Below, in pieces: positions 9,350-19,096 of a stretch of DNA of 64,000 nt. The first letter of the stretch is position 1; each line of letters starts with the position of its first letter. A program made the translations under genes and the position numbers. The stretch comes from an uncultured candidatus Porisulfidus sp. (GTDB lineage Bacteria > Pseudomonadota > Gammaproteobacteria > Poriferisulfidales > Poriferisulfidaceae), in contig CBDASZ010000002.1 of the NCBI GenBank assembly GCA_965199755.1, positions 341,681-405,680 on the forward strand. Direction: 5' to 3'. The notes beneath the pieces are model-generated. The model was not told the DNA's origin. It saw only the letters and a list, made by a program, of their open reading frames with translations, and made no database searches.

Positions 9350-11518
9350 CTAGGCAATATCCAGCGGATCCACGTCCAGCCACCAACGCACACCGCGCGG
9401 CGGTTTGAGATCCTCCAGACACGCATCCATACAACGCTCCAGTGCCGGGCGGGCGCGAGCGCGCAGCAACAGTTGCGCGCGCCATTCCCCGCTGTGGCGC
9501 GGCATCAGCGCCGGTGCTGGACCCAAGGCATCCACCCCGGGCATCTCTTTGATGCGCTCAGCCAGTTCCTGCAGGAAACTCTCGGCGGTGTCGTAGTCCT
9601 CATGTCGCGCTTGCCACAAGGCCCAGCGGCCGTATGGCGGCAGCAGGCGCTGCTTGCGCTCCTCCAGCAAGCGATTCAGCCACGTGTCATAGTCTTCCTG
9701 CAGCAGTTGCTGCAGCATCGGATGTTGCGGCAGACAGGTCTGAAGCAACACCCGTCCGGCCTTGGTGCGCCGCCCGGCGCGCCCAGAAACCTGCACCAGA
9801 ATCTGCGCGAGATGCTCTGGCGCGCGCAGCCGCGGACTGAAGAACTGACTGTCGCTGTTGAGAATCCCGACCAGCGTAACCTCCGGGAAGTCATGGCCCT
9901 TGCACAGCATCTGCGTACCTATCACAATACGCCAGTCCCCGCGGCGCGTCTGCTCCAGCGAGCGCTCCAGTTCGCCTCGCCGGTGAATGTTGTCTCGATC
10001 AAGACGCAGGATCGGGCAGCCCGGAAATTCGCTGCGCAAATGCTCTTCGACGCGCTGGGTGCCTTCTCCCAACAGTTGCGCACCGCGCTCAACCAGATCT
10101 CCGGCGGATTGCCGAAAGCCGCAATGATGGCACTGCAACGATCGGGAATTCTGATGGTAGGTCATGCACACATCACACTTGGGACAGGTCTGCGGCGTCT
10201 GCTTGTCGGGCGACAGCAACACCGGCGCGAAGCCGCGGCGATTCAGAAACAACAGCGCCTGCTCGCCGCGATCCATGGTCTCGCGCAAGGCATTCATCAG
10301 CGGCTCTGACAAGCCCTCTGTCATCGGATGGCGCACCACATCAATCAACTCGGTGGTCGGCAGCCGAGAGGAGCCTGCGCGGTTCGGCAGAAGAATGTGC
10401 TGGTATTTACCATCCTGTACATTGCGCCATGTCTCGATTGATGGCGTGGCGGTACCGAGGATCACCGGAATGTTCGCCTGATGGGCGCGATAAATCGCCA
10501 CATCCCGCGCGTGGTAGCGAAATTTTTCCTGCTGCTTGAGCGAAGCGTCGTGTTCTTCGTCAATCACAATCAGCCGTAAGTTCTCAAACGGCAGAAATAC
10601 GGCGGAGCGCGTCCCCACCACAATGTCCACCTGCCCTTCCTGAGCCAACAGCCAAGTCAGATGCTGGGTGCGCGGCGTGCACTCTGAATGGTATTCGGCA
10701 ATCCGGGTGTGGCGATCCCGGGCCAGTCGGTCGCGCAGTTGCGGCACCAGCCCAATCTCCGGAACGATGAACAGCACCTGCCCTCCGCGCTCCAGTACTG
10801 CGGCGATGACGGCCCGATAGACTTCGGTCTTGCCGCTGCCGGTCACGCCATGCAGCAGGCTGCAACTGTACGCATCGAGATGTGTTCGAAAGTGTTTGAT
10901 CGCCGCGCGCTGCTGCGGATTGTGCCGAACCTCTTTAGGCATGGCAGGCGGTAAGGCCTGCGGCAGCTGGAAGGTCGCCTCGGCAAGACCGCGCTCAGCT
11001 AGCGCTTTCAGCGGCGCAGCCGGACTGCGATGCTTTGCGCGAAGTTGCTCGATGGTGCGTCCTTGTGGATGCTTCTGGAGATCCTGCAGCACCGCGCAGC
11101 GCACCCGTGCGCGACGATGATCGGCGAGATTTTCCTCGCGGCCAACCTCGGTCGCGCGCCATAGCGTCACACCAATGAACGCGCCCGCCTTCAGGCGGCG
11201 CAACTGCGTCGGCAGTGCCGATTCGATGACTTGCCCGATCGGATATTGGTAGTACTGCGAAACCCAGCGCATCAGATCCAGCAGTTCTGGCGCGAGTGCG
11301 GGAGCATCGTCGAGTACTTGCGCGACGCGCTTGAGTTTCAGATTGCGATCCCGCTGCTTGCGATGCTCCAGCACCACGCCGAGCTGACTGCGCTGAGCGC
11401 CAAACGGCACCCGCACACGCATGCCCGGAAGCGGCAAGATACCGCGCGCCGGCGGCAGGTAGTCATAGCCGTGGCGCACCGGCGAAACCACCGCAACATG
11501 CAAGCAGCAATCCGACAC
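9350..11518 (-). CDS. priA: primosomal protein N' (replication restart helicase)
   Basis: LLHGVTGSGKTEVY, VPEIGL, GTRSA, DEEHD, FLNRRGF, GTQM, GHDFP, QVSGRAGR. Confidence 0.97.
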   Translation of the reverse strand: MSDCCLHVAVVSPVRHGYDYLPPARGILPLPGMRVRVPFGAQRSQLGVVLEHRKQRDRNLKLKRVAQVLDDAPALAPELLDLMRWVSQYYQYPIGQVIESALPTQLRRLKAGAFIGVTLWRATEVGREENLADHRRARVRCAVLQDLQKHPQGRTIEQLRAKHRSPAAPLKALAERGLAEATFQLPQALPPAMPKEVRHNPQQRAAIKHFRTHLDAYSCSLLHGVTGSGKTEVYRAVIAAVLERGGQVLFIVPEIGLVPQLRDRLARDRHTRIAEYHSECTPRTQHLTWLLAQEGQVDIVVGTRSAVFLPFENLRLIVIDEEHDASLKQQEKFRYHARDVAIYRAHQANIPVILGTATPSIETWRNVQDGKYQHILLPNRAGSSRLPTTELIDVVRHPMTEGLSEPLMNALRETMDRGEQALLFLNRRGFAPVLLSPDKQTPQTCPKCDVCMTYHQNSRSLQCHHCGFRQSAGDLVERGAQLLGEGTQRVEEHLRSEFPGCPILRLDRDNIHRRGELERSLEQTRRGDWRIVIGTQMLCKGHDFPEVTLVGILNSDSQFFSPRLRAPEHLAQILVQVSGRAGRRTKAGRVLLQTCLPQHPMLQQLLQEDYDTWLNRLLEERKQRLLPPYGRWALWQARHEDYDTAESFLQELAERIKEMPGVDALGPAPALMPRHSGEWRAQLLLRARARPALERCMDACLEDLKPPRGVRWWLDVDPLDIA

Positions 11519-11637
11519 CGGACGCTCTCCCGATCAGTCAATATGCTGTGATTGTACGGCACCTACGCTACCGTCTGTGAGATTCCCATCCGAGTGCCAA
11601 AATATCAATAATTCCTTGAATTGAGGCCGTAACTCAT

Positions 11638-11848
11638 TGTGGATAACTATGGGGATAAAGCTGGTGTAAATCCTAAAAGTTATTCAATTACAGAAGGTTG
11701 TAAAAAAGGCATAAGGTTTTTATGAGATGCCTTTATTATCTTTTATTTCATATAGTTATATCATATTGTGGTGCCTGTATGATATCAGTGTTTCTGATTT
11801 GCTATTGATTTTGCCACTGCCACCCTGAAAACCCTGAAATGTGGATTG
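11638..11848. promoter_or_regulatory. AT-rich region with DnaA boxes and an IHF-like site
   Basis: TGTGGATAA (11638-11646, perfect) and TGGGGATAA (11650-11658), a weaker TGTGGATTG (11840-11848), and IHF-like TTTCATATAGTTA (11746-11758) after an A/T tract. Confidence 0.6.
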
Positions 11849-12036
11849 ATTGGTGGCTTTCGCCGCTTTGACAAATTTCGCCACACCTTCATAAATTCAG
11901 TGATCTGCGTGAAATCTGCTGCTTTCCGGAACGCTTTTGTCTGTATTCTTCCACCCTCTAATACAATAGACTTCCATCTGCGGCGCGCTCACTTCATGCG
12001 TGCGAACCGCGCGCACCCGGCTCTGGATATTGACTC

Positions 12037-12492
12037 ATGCCGCTCCCTGAATCGTCTCTCCTTCAACTGAAGTTTGTACCGCTTGCAATTGCCCTCGCAC
12101 TGCTCGTCGGGATCTTGCTGACGAGCGATGGCGGCGACGACAGAATCACCATCGAAATCACTGAGGCCTGGGTACTGGAGCAACCGATGGGAGAACCGTC
12201 CGCGGGCGGCTTCACACTGCGCAACGGTACCACGGCTGCCCTGACCTTGCAGGAAATCGATGCAGCGGACTTCAAGCAGGTGGGCGTCAGGCAAACGGAA
12301 GACGGTGCGGTCACCGATTTTGAACCCCTGACCCTGCAGCCCGGAGAGGCCGTGACACTTTCGGCGCTGATCTTCTCGCAGCCTAGGACGCAACTCCGCC
12401 ACGGCGATGACAGCCTGCTGACCTTGCGATTCAATGACGCCCGCGTGCAATGGGTGAACGCCCAAGTGTGCGAACACGCCCCCGCCCCGTGA
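12037..12492 (+). CDS. exported PCuAC-fold-like protein lacking the copper-ligand His/Met residues
   Basis: Hydrophobic N-terminus. IEITEAWV..P.G..SAGGFTLRN..LTL..LTLQPGEAVTL..LRHGD..LTLRF matches the PCuAC (DUF461) pattern. Its stop overlaps the tupB start (GTGA). Confidence 0.6.
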   Translation: MPLPESSLLQLKFVPLAIALALLVGILLTSDGGDDRITIEITEAWVLEQPMGEPSAGGFTLRNGTTAALTLQEIDAADFKQVGVRQTEDGAVTDFEPLTLQPGEAVTLSALIFSQPRTQLRHGDDSLLTLRFNDARVQWVNAQVCEHAPAP

Positions 12493-13193
12493 ACGATTTT
12501 GGCGCCGCCCTCATCACAGCGCTTGGCCTGCTCACCGCGCTGGACGCCAACCTGCTCGACATCATCAGCCGGTCGCTGTACGTCACGCTGACGGCGGTCA
12601 GCATCGCCGCAGTGATTGGCATCCCCTTGGGCGCGCTGCTGGCTATGAGCAGATTCCCCGGCCGCGGGGCCGCGGTGCTGGTGATCAATACCTTCATGGG
12701 GCTGCCACCCGTCGTGGTCGGGCTGGTCGTCTATCTGGCGCTATCGCGCTCCGGTCCGCTTGGAATCCTCGGCCTGCTCTACACCCCCACTGCCATGATC
12801 GTGGCGCAATGTCTGCTGGTCACTCCCATCATCGCGGCCTTGTCACACCAGATCATCACCGACATTTATGGACACTACGACGAGCAACTGCGCTCTCTGG
12901 GTGCCACCCGGCGTCAGCGCATCGGCACTCTGCTGTGGGAATGCCGCACCAGTTTGCTGATCGCCATTCTGGCCGGTTTCGGACGCGCCAACGCCGAGGT
13001 CGGCGCGGTCATGATCGTCGGCGGTAACATCAATCACGTCACCCGCGTGATGACCACCACCATTGCTTATGAGACCAGCCGCGGCAATCTGACGCAGGCG
13101 CTGGCTCTGGGTGTGGTGCTGATTCTCATCGCCATGCTGCTGACTGCACTATTGCACCAGCTCCGCAAACTCGACCCTGACCCCGGATCATGA
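12489..13193 (+). CDS. tupB: tungstate ABC transporter permease
   Basis: NTFMGLPPVVVGLVVYLALSRSGPLG, GFGRANAEVGAVMIVGGNI..TRVMTT. GTG start overlaps the upstream TGA. Confidence 0.9.
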   Translation: MNDFGAALITALGLLTALDANLLDIISRSLYVTLTAVSIAAVIGIPLGALLAMSRFPGRGAAVLVINTFMGLPPVVVGLVVYLALSRSGPLGILGLLYTPTAMIVAQCLLVTPIIAALSHQIITDIYGHYDEQLRSLGATRRQRIGTLLWECRTSLLIAILAGFGRANAEVGAVMIVGGNINHVTRVMTTTIAYETSRGNLTQALALGVVLILIAMLLTALLHQLRKLDPDPGS

Positions 13194-13921
13194 ACACCGC
13201 GTCTTCCCTGCTGCCCTTGCGCGTCCGCGATCTGAGTCTTACCATCAACGGCTCCACGCTGTTGTCGAATATCTCCTTCGAGCTGCCAGAAGGCGGCTGT
13301 ACGGCGCTGATCGGACCCAACGGCTCCGGCAAGACGCTGCTGCTGCGTCTGTGCCACGGGCTGCTCGCTCCGAGTTCCGGCTCCATTCACTGGGGCGCGG
13401 CCGATCTGTCCCCCACGAATCAGTTTCAGGCCATGGTGTTTCAGTCACCGGCATTGCTGAACCGCAGTGTGCGCGCGAACATTGAATACGCCTTGAAACT
13501 GCGCGGCATGCCGCGCGCCCAGCGTCATCAACTGGGGGATGAGGCCATGCGCCTGTGCGGCATTGAGGCGATTGCTGATCGCAATACCCGCGTACTGTCC
13601 GGTGGCGAGCGCCAGAAACTTGCCATTGCCCGCGCCTGGGTGACCCAACCGCAAGTCCTGCTAATGGATGAGCCGACCTCGGAACTCGATCCGGTGGCGA
13701 CCCGCGAGATTGAGGCCATGATCCGGCTGTTCGCGGCGCAAGGCGTGCGTGTGCTGCTGAGCACACACGACATGAATCAGGTCCGACATCTGGCGGATGA
13801 GGTGCTATTCCTGCATCAGGGTCGCCTGCAGACGCATTTGCCGGTGCAGGAATTTTTTGATTACTCAGGCGATGGCATCATGCGCTCTTTCGCCACGCAT
13901 CCCAACCGCGAGGAATATTGA
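13190..13921 (+). CDS. tupC: tungstate ABC transporter ATP-binding protein
   Basis: GPNGSGKT, LSGGERQ, LMDEPT, STHD; lies between tupB and tupA. Confidence 0.88.
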   Translation: MNTASSLLPLRVRDLSLTINGSTLLSNISFELPEGGCTALIGPNGSGKTLLLRLCHGLLAPSSGSIHWGAADLSPTNQFQAMVFQSPALLNRSVRANIEYALKLRGMPRAQRHQLGDEAMRLCGIEAIADRNTRVLSGGERQKLAIARAWVTQPQVLLMDEPTSELDPVATREIEAMIRLFAAQGVRVLLSTHDMNQVRHLADEVLFLHQGRLQTHLPVQEFFDYSGDGIMRSFATHPNREEY

Positions 13922-13922
13922 A

Positions 13923-14738
13923 ATGCCGCGCCTGATCGCCGCCGTGCTGCTGTGCGCGAACCTGTCCGCAGGAGCCGATGAGCCGAAGTTTCTGACCATC
14001 GCTTCCACGACCTCGACCGAACACTCAGGACTCTACGACTACCTGCTGCCGATTTACGAGCAGCGCTCCGGCATTCGCTTTCGGGTCATCGCCGTCGGCA
14101 CCGGACAGGCCATTCGCAACGCCATGCGCGGCGATGCCGACCTGTTGATAGTGCATCACCGGGAATCGGAGGAGCGCTTCGTCACCGAGGGCTACGGCCT
14201 CGAACGCCATCCGCTGATGTACAACGATTTCGTGCTGGTCGGGCCGGACTCGGACCCGGCCGACACCCGTACTGCGCAAAATTTGATCGACGCTTTGCAG
14301 CGCATCGCTGGCACCTCAGCGCCCTTTGTCTCTCGCGGCGATGACAGCGGCACGCACAAGCGTGAACTGGAACTGTGGCGGCAAGCGGACATTCCAGCGC
14401 GCGAAGCCAGTGGCACCTGGTATTGGGAGACCGGCACCGGCATGGGACCGACTTTAAACACGGCCGCGGCGCAAGACGCCTACACCTTGACCGACCGTGC
14501 CACCTGGATTTCGTTTGGCAATCCTCGCAATCTGGTCGTGCTGGGCGAGAGCGACTCCCGACTGCACAATCAATACAGCGTGATCGTGGTCAATCCAAAG
14601 CGACATCCGCACGTCAAGCGCGTATTGGCGGAAGATTTCGTGGCGTGGCTGCTGTCAGACGAAGGGCAGCAGGCTATCGCCGCTTTTGAGGTGTCCGGCA
14701 CCCCGCTGTTTTTCCCGAATACGCCAACGCACCCCTGA
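13923..14738 (+). CDS. tupA: tungstate-binding periplasmic protein
   Basis: Signal peptide, STTSTEHSGL (TTTS-type motif), VGTGQA, MYNDF, FVSRGDDSGTH, TDRATW. Confidence 0.92.
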   Translation: MPRLIAAVLLCANLSAGADEPKFLTIASTTSTEHSGLYDYLLPIYEQRSGIRFRVIAVGTGQAIRNAMRGDADLLIVHHRESEERFVTEGYGLERHPLMYNDFVLVGPDSDPADTRTAQNLIDALQRIAGTSAPFVSRGDDSGTHKRELELWRQADIPAREASGTWYWETGTGMGPTLNTAAAQDAYTLTDRATWISFGNPRNLVVLGESDSRLHNQYSVIVVNPKRHPHVKRVLAEDFVAWLLSDEGQQAIAAFEVSGTPLFFPNTPTHP

Positions 14739-14756
14739 TCGCGCGTGCCTTGCTGA

Positions 14757-16502
14757 CTATTCGGCAGGGAATAGCGGTCCTTGCATCTCTTTGGGGACGG
14801 CCAGACGAACCTTCTTGCCTTGCGTCAGTCTGATTCGTGGATCTTGCGCGGCAATGGAGAGGAAAGCGTCTGCGGCTGAGTAATTAACAAAGATCGGGAA
14901 CTCTGGTCTGGGGCCTTCCAGATCCAGCATACACACCACCTCATCCGCAAGAAACTCTACCTTACTGGCCGTTGCAGCCTGCAAAAAATCCTCTGTCCAG
15001 TCCTCGCTTGTGAGCTCTATTTCTGGCTGTATTTGTGCTTTTTTCTTTAGCGCCGACACCAACTCTTCAATGAGATATTCCTGCTTCGCACGCGACCACG
15101 GGACATCCCGATCATTGATCCCCCAGAAATTCGGCCCGATTCGCACCAGCGGATCCTTAGGGAAAATGTTGAAGTATTTCCCCACGCCGCGCACCTCAAT
15201 CAATTTCTTTTTAATCTCGCCAACCTCCAGCGGATGCCCTGCTCTCTCAATCAACGCAACCACTGAATCATGAATGCTGATACGTTTCAGGTCCTCGGTA
15301 TCCTTGCCAGCCGCCACCCAGGTCATTCTCCCCAAAGACCGCAGGAACTGTGATTTCCGAAGCGCAATCTCCAGCAAGTATTTGGTTAGTGGGCGCTCAT
15401 ATCTGTCTGACTCCGCACTGAATTTGTTTTTTGAGCCTTCGTGAGCGCTGCCCGCCACTCCCCACGAGGACTTGGAAGATTCACCATAATGATGCTTTCG
15501 GGGACCTTGAAGGGACTCAATGTTCGGGTCTCTCCGCAAGTCCTTCAGCACCTCGTCCACATGCCACTGCCGGTAAGAAGGCTTGGTCATGATGAGGGCT
15601 TCGACTTTTGTGCATAGTTGCACCATCTCTTCTTCGGTGAACGGAATATGACGTTTCAGCCCAAAGGTTCCAGGCGCGAACAGAAAACCCACATTCGCCG
15701 CGGCGTTCGAGGTGCGTTTGATCGTGATGCGTTTCCCCCGATTGCGGACGCGCTCGGCAATTTCTGTGTAGTAGAGCGGCTCTTCGGATTCCGAGAGTAC
15801 CGCTTTCACCGCGGCCTCCGCACTGCGTCCGTAAGCCACCAGCTTACGCGGACCTTCCTCCGACAGATCTGAAAAATGGCACAGCGCAGATGATTTATCC
15901 CACAACATGGAGCCAAGTTCCTGCGCGGTTTCGGGCAACTGTCTCTTCACAAACACTGGTGCCGTCTCCTCATCCCAGAATCGCGACGTGCTCTTTTTCA
16001 GCAGTTTTTTTGCCGCGACAATCGTGTCGTCCCATGCCGTTTGATCGATCCTGCCGAAATAAAAAACACGGTCGATCTCCAACACGTAGAGATGGCCATC
16101 GCACAGCGTATTGATCAGGTTTTGGACAAAGACCGCACGGCTCTCCAGATCGGCAAGCCACGGTTCAAGCTCGCCGGCATCAGACAATGACAATGGCGAA
16201 TCCCTGCCATTCAAAAGCGCATACACTTCTTTCACCAGAGTGTTCCAGTACGGAGCTTTTTTCCAACAATGTGAAATCTCGTTGAGGATTTGCAGAATCC
16301 TCTGGCGGGTCAGCCCGTATGAGTCTGCGATGCGCTGCAAGGTTTGCGGAGTGGTCCCGGAGCCAAAACGTTTCAACAGGATCTCGCGCTCCTGCTCGGT
16401 GAAATCGGACAGGGTCGCCAGTATTTCTTCCATTAACGTGGCCGGTGGCGGAGTCTCCCTGAATCTATAGCCCTTGCCAGTGAACGGAGAATCACGCATC
16501 AC
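14757..16502 (-). CDS. sigma70 region-4-like HTH protein with additional winged-helix (HARE-HTH-like) domains
   Basis: TEQEREILLKRFG..QTLQRIADSYGLTRQRILQI (sigma r4 HTH), then repeated 'VLSESEEPLYYTEI' and 'LIERAGHPLEVGEI..GPNFWGI' wHTH-like units. Lower GC than its neighbours. Confidence 0.65.
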   Translation of the reverse strand: MMRDSPFTGKGYRFRETPPPATLMEEILATLSDFTEQEREILLKRFGSGTTPQTLQRIADSYGLTRQRILQILNEISHCWKKAPYWNTLVKEVYALLNGRDSPLSLSDAGELEPWLADLESRAVFVQNLINTLCDGHLYVLEIDRVFYFGRIDQTAWDDTIVAAKKLLKKSTSRFWDEETAPVFVKRQLPETAQELGSMLWDKSSALCHFSDLSEEGPRKLVAYGRSAEAAVKAVLSESEEPLYYTEIAERVRNRGKRITIKRTSNAAANVGFLFAPGTFGLKRHIPFTEEEMVQLCTKVEALIMTKPSYRQWHVDEVLKDLRRDPNIESLQGPRKHHYGESSKSSWGVAGSAHEGSKNKFSAESDRYERPLTKYLLEIALRKSQFLRSLGRMTWVAAGKDTEDLKRISIHDSVVALIERAGHPLEVGEIKKKLIEVRGVGKYFNIFPKDPLVRIGPNFWGINDRDVPWSRAKQEYLIEELVSALKKKAQIQPEIELTSEDWTEDFLQAATASKVEFLADEVVCMLDLEGPRPEFPIFVNYSAADAFLSIAAQDPRIRLTQGKKVRLAVPKEMQGPLFPAE

Positions 16503-16684
16503 AACACCTTAAAAAAGGCGTATAAGGGCCGAATCTGGCCTGACGCCTTCAGTAAAATCATCATGCAAATATAGGAGCAGCGCAAGATTGCGCCGAAATC
16601 TCACCGGATATTATGCGTTATTTGTCAAAACTGTAAAAACAGGCTAAAACTTGACGCCGTGTCGCCGCGGCGCTGATTGACGCC

Positions 16685-17893
16685 TTATTCGTGCGGGTCG
16701 CCCGCCCAGACTCCCACATCCAGCGGGTGCCGCATCCAGCGCGGTCCGTCGATCCGACCATCGGCCTGCTGAATAAAAAACCGACGCAGCAGACGGCTTT
16801 TGCCAACCACCTCCAGTGCTGTGGATCGCACGACCTCCGCGTGCGGGAACTCCAACATGAATCCCAGATGAAAACCTTCCAGCACCTGTTGCGTGGCCCA
16901 CACCGGCCCCTTGCGCCGACGTTCGTAGGCGCGCAAGGCGCGCGCACTAAGTGGGTGACGCAACAATTCCTCATGCAACACCGCAGCATCCATAAAGCCG
17001 ATGTTCTGTCCCAGTCCCGCCAAAGGATGCACCACATGCGCCGCATCACCAAGCAGCGCCAGGTTGCCGTCGCACCACCGCGGCGCGAAGCCGCGTCCCA
17101 GATCCAGACAAGCTTTCGGGCCTTGCAGATGCAGCCTTCCCAGCCTGCCGCTCATAATCCGGTTCAGATTCTCCTCAAAGACTGTCTGCTCGCAATTCAT
17201 CAATTGCTCTGCGTCCACCGTCGACCAGACCAAAGAATAGTTCCCGTTGAACAGCGGCAACAACGCGACCGTCCCGTGCGGCGTGAAGCGCTGCCAGGCC
17301 ACTTCGGGCTGATCGTTTTCGGTGACAATCTCAGCCACAATCGCCTGCTGCTGGTGCGCCTTGTAGTCCCACCAGAACCCGTGCATGTGGCGCATGCTTG
17401 AGAAGGCTCCATCCGCTGCAATGACAATCTCCGCACGCTGCCGGGGGCCCTCGTGCAGCACCAACTCCAACTTGCGGGTACCCGTAACTATTTGCGTGAC
17501 CTCATCAGGGTTGTAGAAGGTCACCCCCGCCATGTACGCCATCTGATACAGAGCCTGCACCAGATTACTGTTCTCCACAATATATCCCAGACGCGCCTCA
17601 TCAATGTCCGAAGTGCGAAATTCCACGCCGGCGGTTTCCGCGCTTTCCCATACCCGCATTCGGCTCCAGAGCTGCATGCGGCTGTGATCCAGATGCGACC
17701 ATACGCCGCAGGCGCGCAAGATCTGCTCGGATGCCGGGGACAGCGCCACCACACGCAATTCCGGCGCTTCTCCTGGAGATTCCGGCGGCAGCGCATGACG
17801 CTCCACCAGTACGACATCAGCCCCGGATTGCGCTAGCAAGGTTGCCGTCAACAACCCGGATGCGCCGCCGCCCACTACAATAATATCAGCCAT
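16685..17893 (-). CDS. UbiI/UbiF/VisC-family FAD-dependent hydroxylase
   Basis: GGGASG, RVVALS, AADGAFS, WQRFTPHG.VALLP, GDAAHVVHPLAGLGQNIGFMD. Confidence 0.9.
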   Translation of the reverse strand: MADIIVVGGGASGLLTATLLAQSGADVVLVERHALPPESPGEAPELRVVALSPASEQILRACGVWSHLDHSRMQLWSRMRVWESAETAGVEFRTSDIDEARLGYIVENSNLVQALYQMAYMAGVTFYNPDEVTQIVTGTRKLELVLHEGPRQRAEIVIAADGAFSSMRHMHGFWWDYKAHQQQAIVAEIVTENDQPEVAWQRFTPHGTVALLPLFNGNYSLVWSTVDAEQLMNCEQTVFEENLNRIMSGRLGRLHLQGPKACLDLGRGFAPRWCDGNLALLGDAAHVVHPLAGLGQNIGFMDAAVLHEELLRHPLSARALRAYERRRKGPVWATQQVLEGFHLGFMLEFPHAEVVRSTALEVVGKSRLLRRFFIQQADGRIDGPRWMRHPLDVGVWAGDPHE

Positions 17894-17902
17894 TTGAAGC
17901 CT

Positions 17903-19096
17903 CTAATCCAGTCGTGGCAGCGCCAGTTTCGGCCTTCGAAGGCTAGCACCCATGCCAAAACGCACCAGCCGGGTGCGCATTGCGGGAATGCCGGCGAGCA
18001 TCATCATTCCCAACGCCTGCAATCCACGCGCGAGCGGATGACGCTGCATAAATCCAAGCGCCAGAAAATCAGTGAACACCGCCACCCGAAGCACGTCTTT
18101 CTCCCTATCCTTCGCGTATTGCTCAAGCACCTGCGGATCACCAGGGTCCGAGACTCCTTCGATATGTTGCGTCAGCCACGCGGCATCCCTGATCACCAGA
18201 TTGAAGCCCTGCGCGGCAACCGGATGAAAAGAACACGCGGCGTCCCCAATCAACACGCAGCGTCCCGCCACACGTTGGGCGGCGCGGGGAAACGCAAGCC
18301 GATACAAATGTCGCGGCCCGGCCTCGGTCACCTGCCCGGCCCGCCGCCCCAGCACCTGCTGCAGGTTCTGGCAGAACTGCGCATCATCCATACTCCCCAC
18401 GCGAAGGGCCTCGCGATGCGACTGCGCCCACACCAGCGCGCGCTTGCCCTCAAGGCATGGCAACAAAGCCAGAGGGCCTTGTGCAGTGAACCGCTCATAC
18501 GCCCAGCCCTGCGCCTCTCGATCCAGTCGCACTTCCGCAACCACCGCGCTCTGCCCATAGTCGACGATGTGTGTCTCAAGACCCAGCGCGTCGCGCAATT
18601 TCGATTGTGCGCCATCGGCAACCACCAAAGCGCGCGCAGCTAGGGGTTTTTTCTCGCCGTGCGACGACAGTCGCAACTGCACTATCTCATCATCGTCAGA
18701 GGCTTCTTCCACCTCGGTATTCATCAGAAAATCACACCGATACAGGGAGCGCAAACTCTCTTGCAGCACCTGCGCCAGACGCGCCGCCGAAACCACGTAT
18801 CCCAACGCCGCAAGCCCTTCATCGGTGGCGCGCAAGCAAGTGGTCCCGAACGCGCCGCGTCGCGACACGTCAATGTGAGTGACAGGAACACACTGCGCGG
18901 CCAGAGCATCCCAGACTCCGAGGGTCTGCAGCACCCGGCGCGAACTCACTGACAAGGCCAGATTGCGCGGGTCCTTCAGCGCCGCCACGCCAGAACCACG
19001 TTCCAGAACCGCCACATGCCAGCCCGATCGCACCAGCGCCAGCGCCTGGATTTGCCCGGCCAGCCCGCCGCCGGCAATCACGATATCGTATGCCAT
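17903..19096 (-). CDS. ubiH: 2-octaprenyl-6-methoxyphenol hydroxylase
   Basis: GGGLAG, ALGYVV, ADGAQS, AYERFTAQGPLALLP, HPVAAQGFNL; canonical pepP-ubiH-ubiI gene order. Confidence 0.88.
   Translation of the reverse strand: MAYDIVIAGGGLAGQIQALALVRSGWHVAVLERGSGVAALKDPRNLALSVSSRRVLQTLGVWDALAAQCVPVTHIDVSRRGAFGTTCLRATDEGLAALGYVVSAARLAQVLQESLRSLYRCDFLMNTEVEEASDDDEIVQLRLSSHGEKKPLAARALVVADGAQSKLRDALGLETHIVDYGQSAVVAEVRLDREAQGWAYERFTAQGPLALLPCLEGKRALVWAQSHREALRVGSMDDAQFCQNLQQVLGRRAGQVTEAGPRHLYRLAFPRAAQRVAGRCVLIGDAACSFHPVAAQGFNLVIRDAAWLTQHIEGVSDPGDPQVLEQYAKDREKDVLRVAVFTDFLALGFMQRHPLARGLQALGMMMLAGIPAMRTRLVRFGMGASLRRPKLALPRLD

Noticed and set aside
9239-10309. Long alternative ORFs (e.g. 356 aa antisense to priA, 326 aa antisense to trpE, 242 aa antisense to the symporters)
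   Set aside because: Shadow ORFs typical of GC-rich coding DNA; they overlap well-supported genes and contain no motifs.
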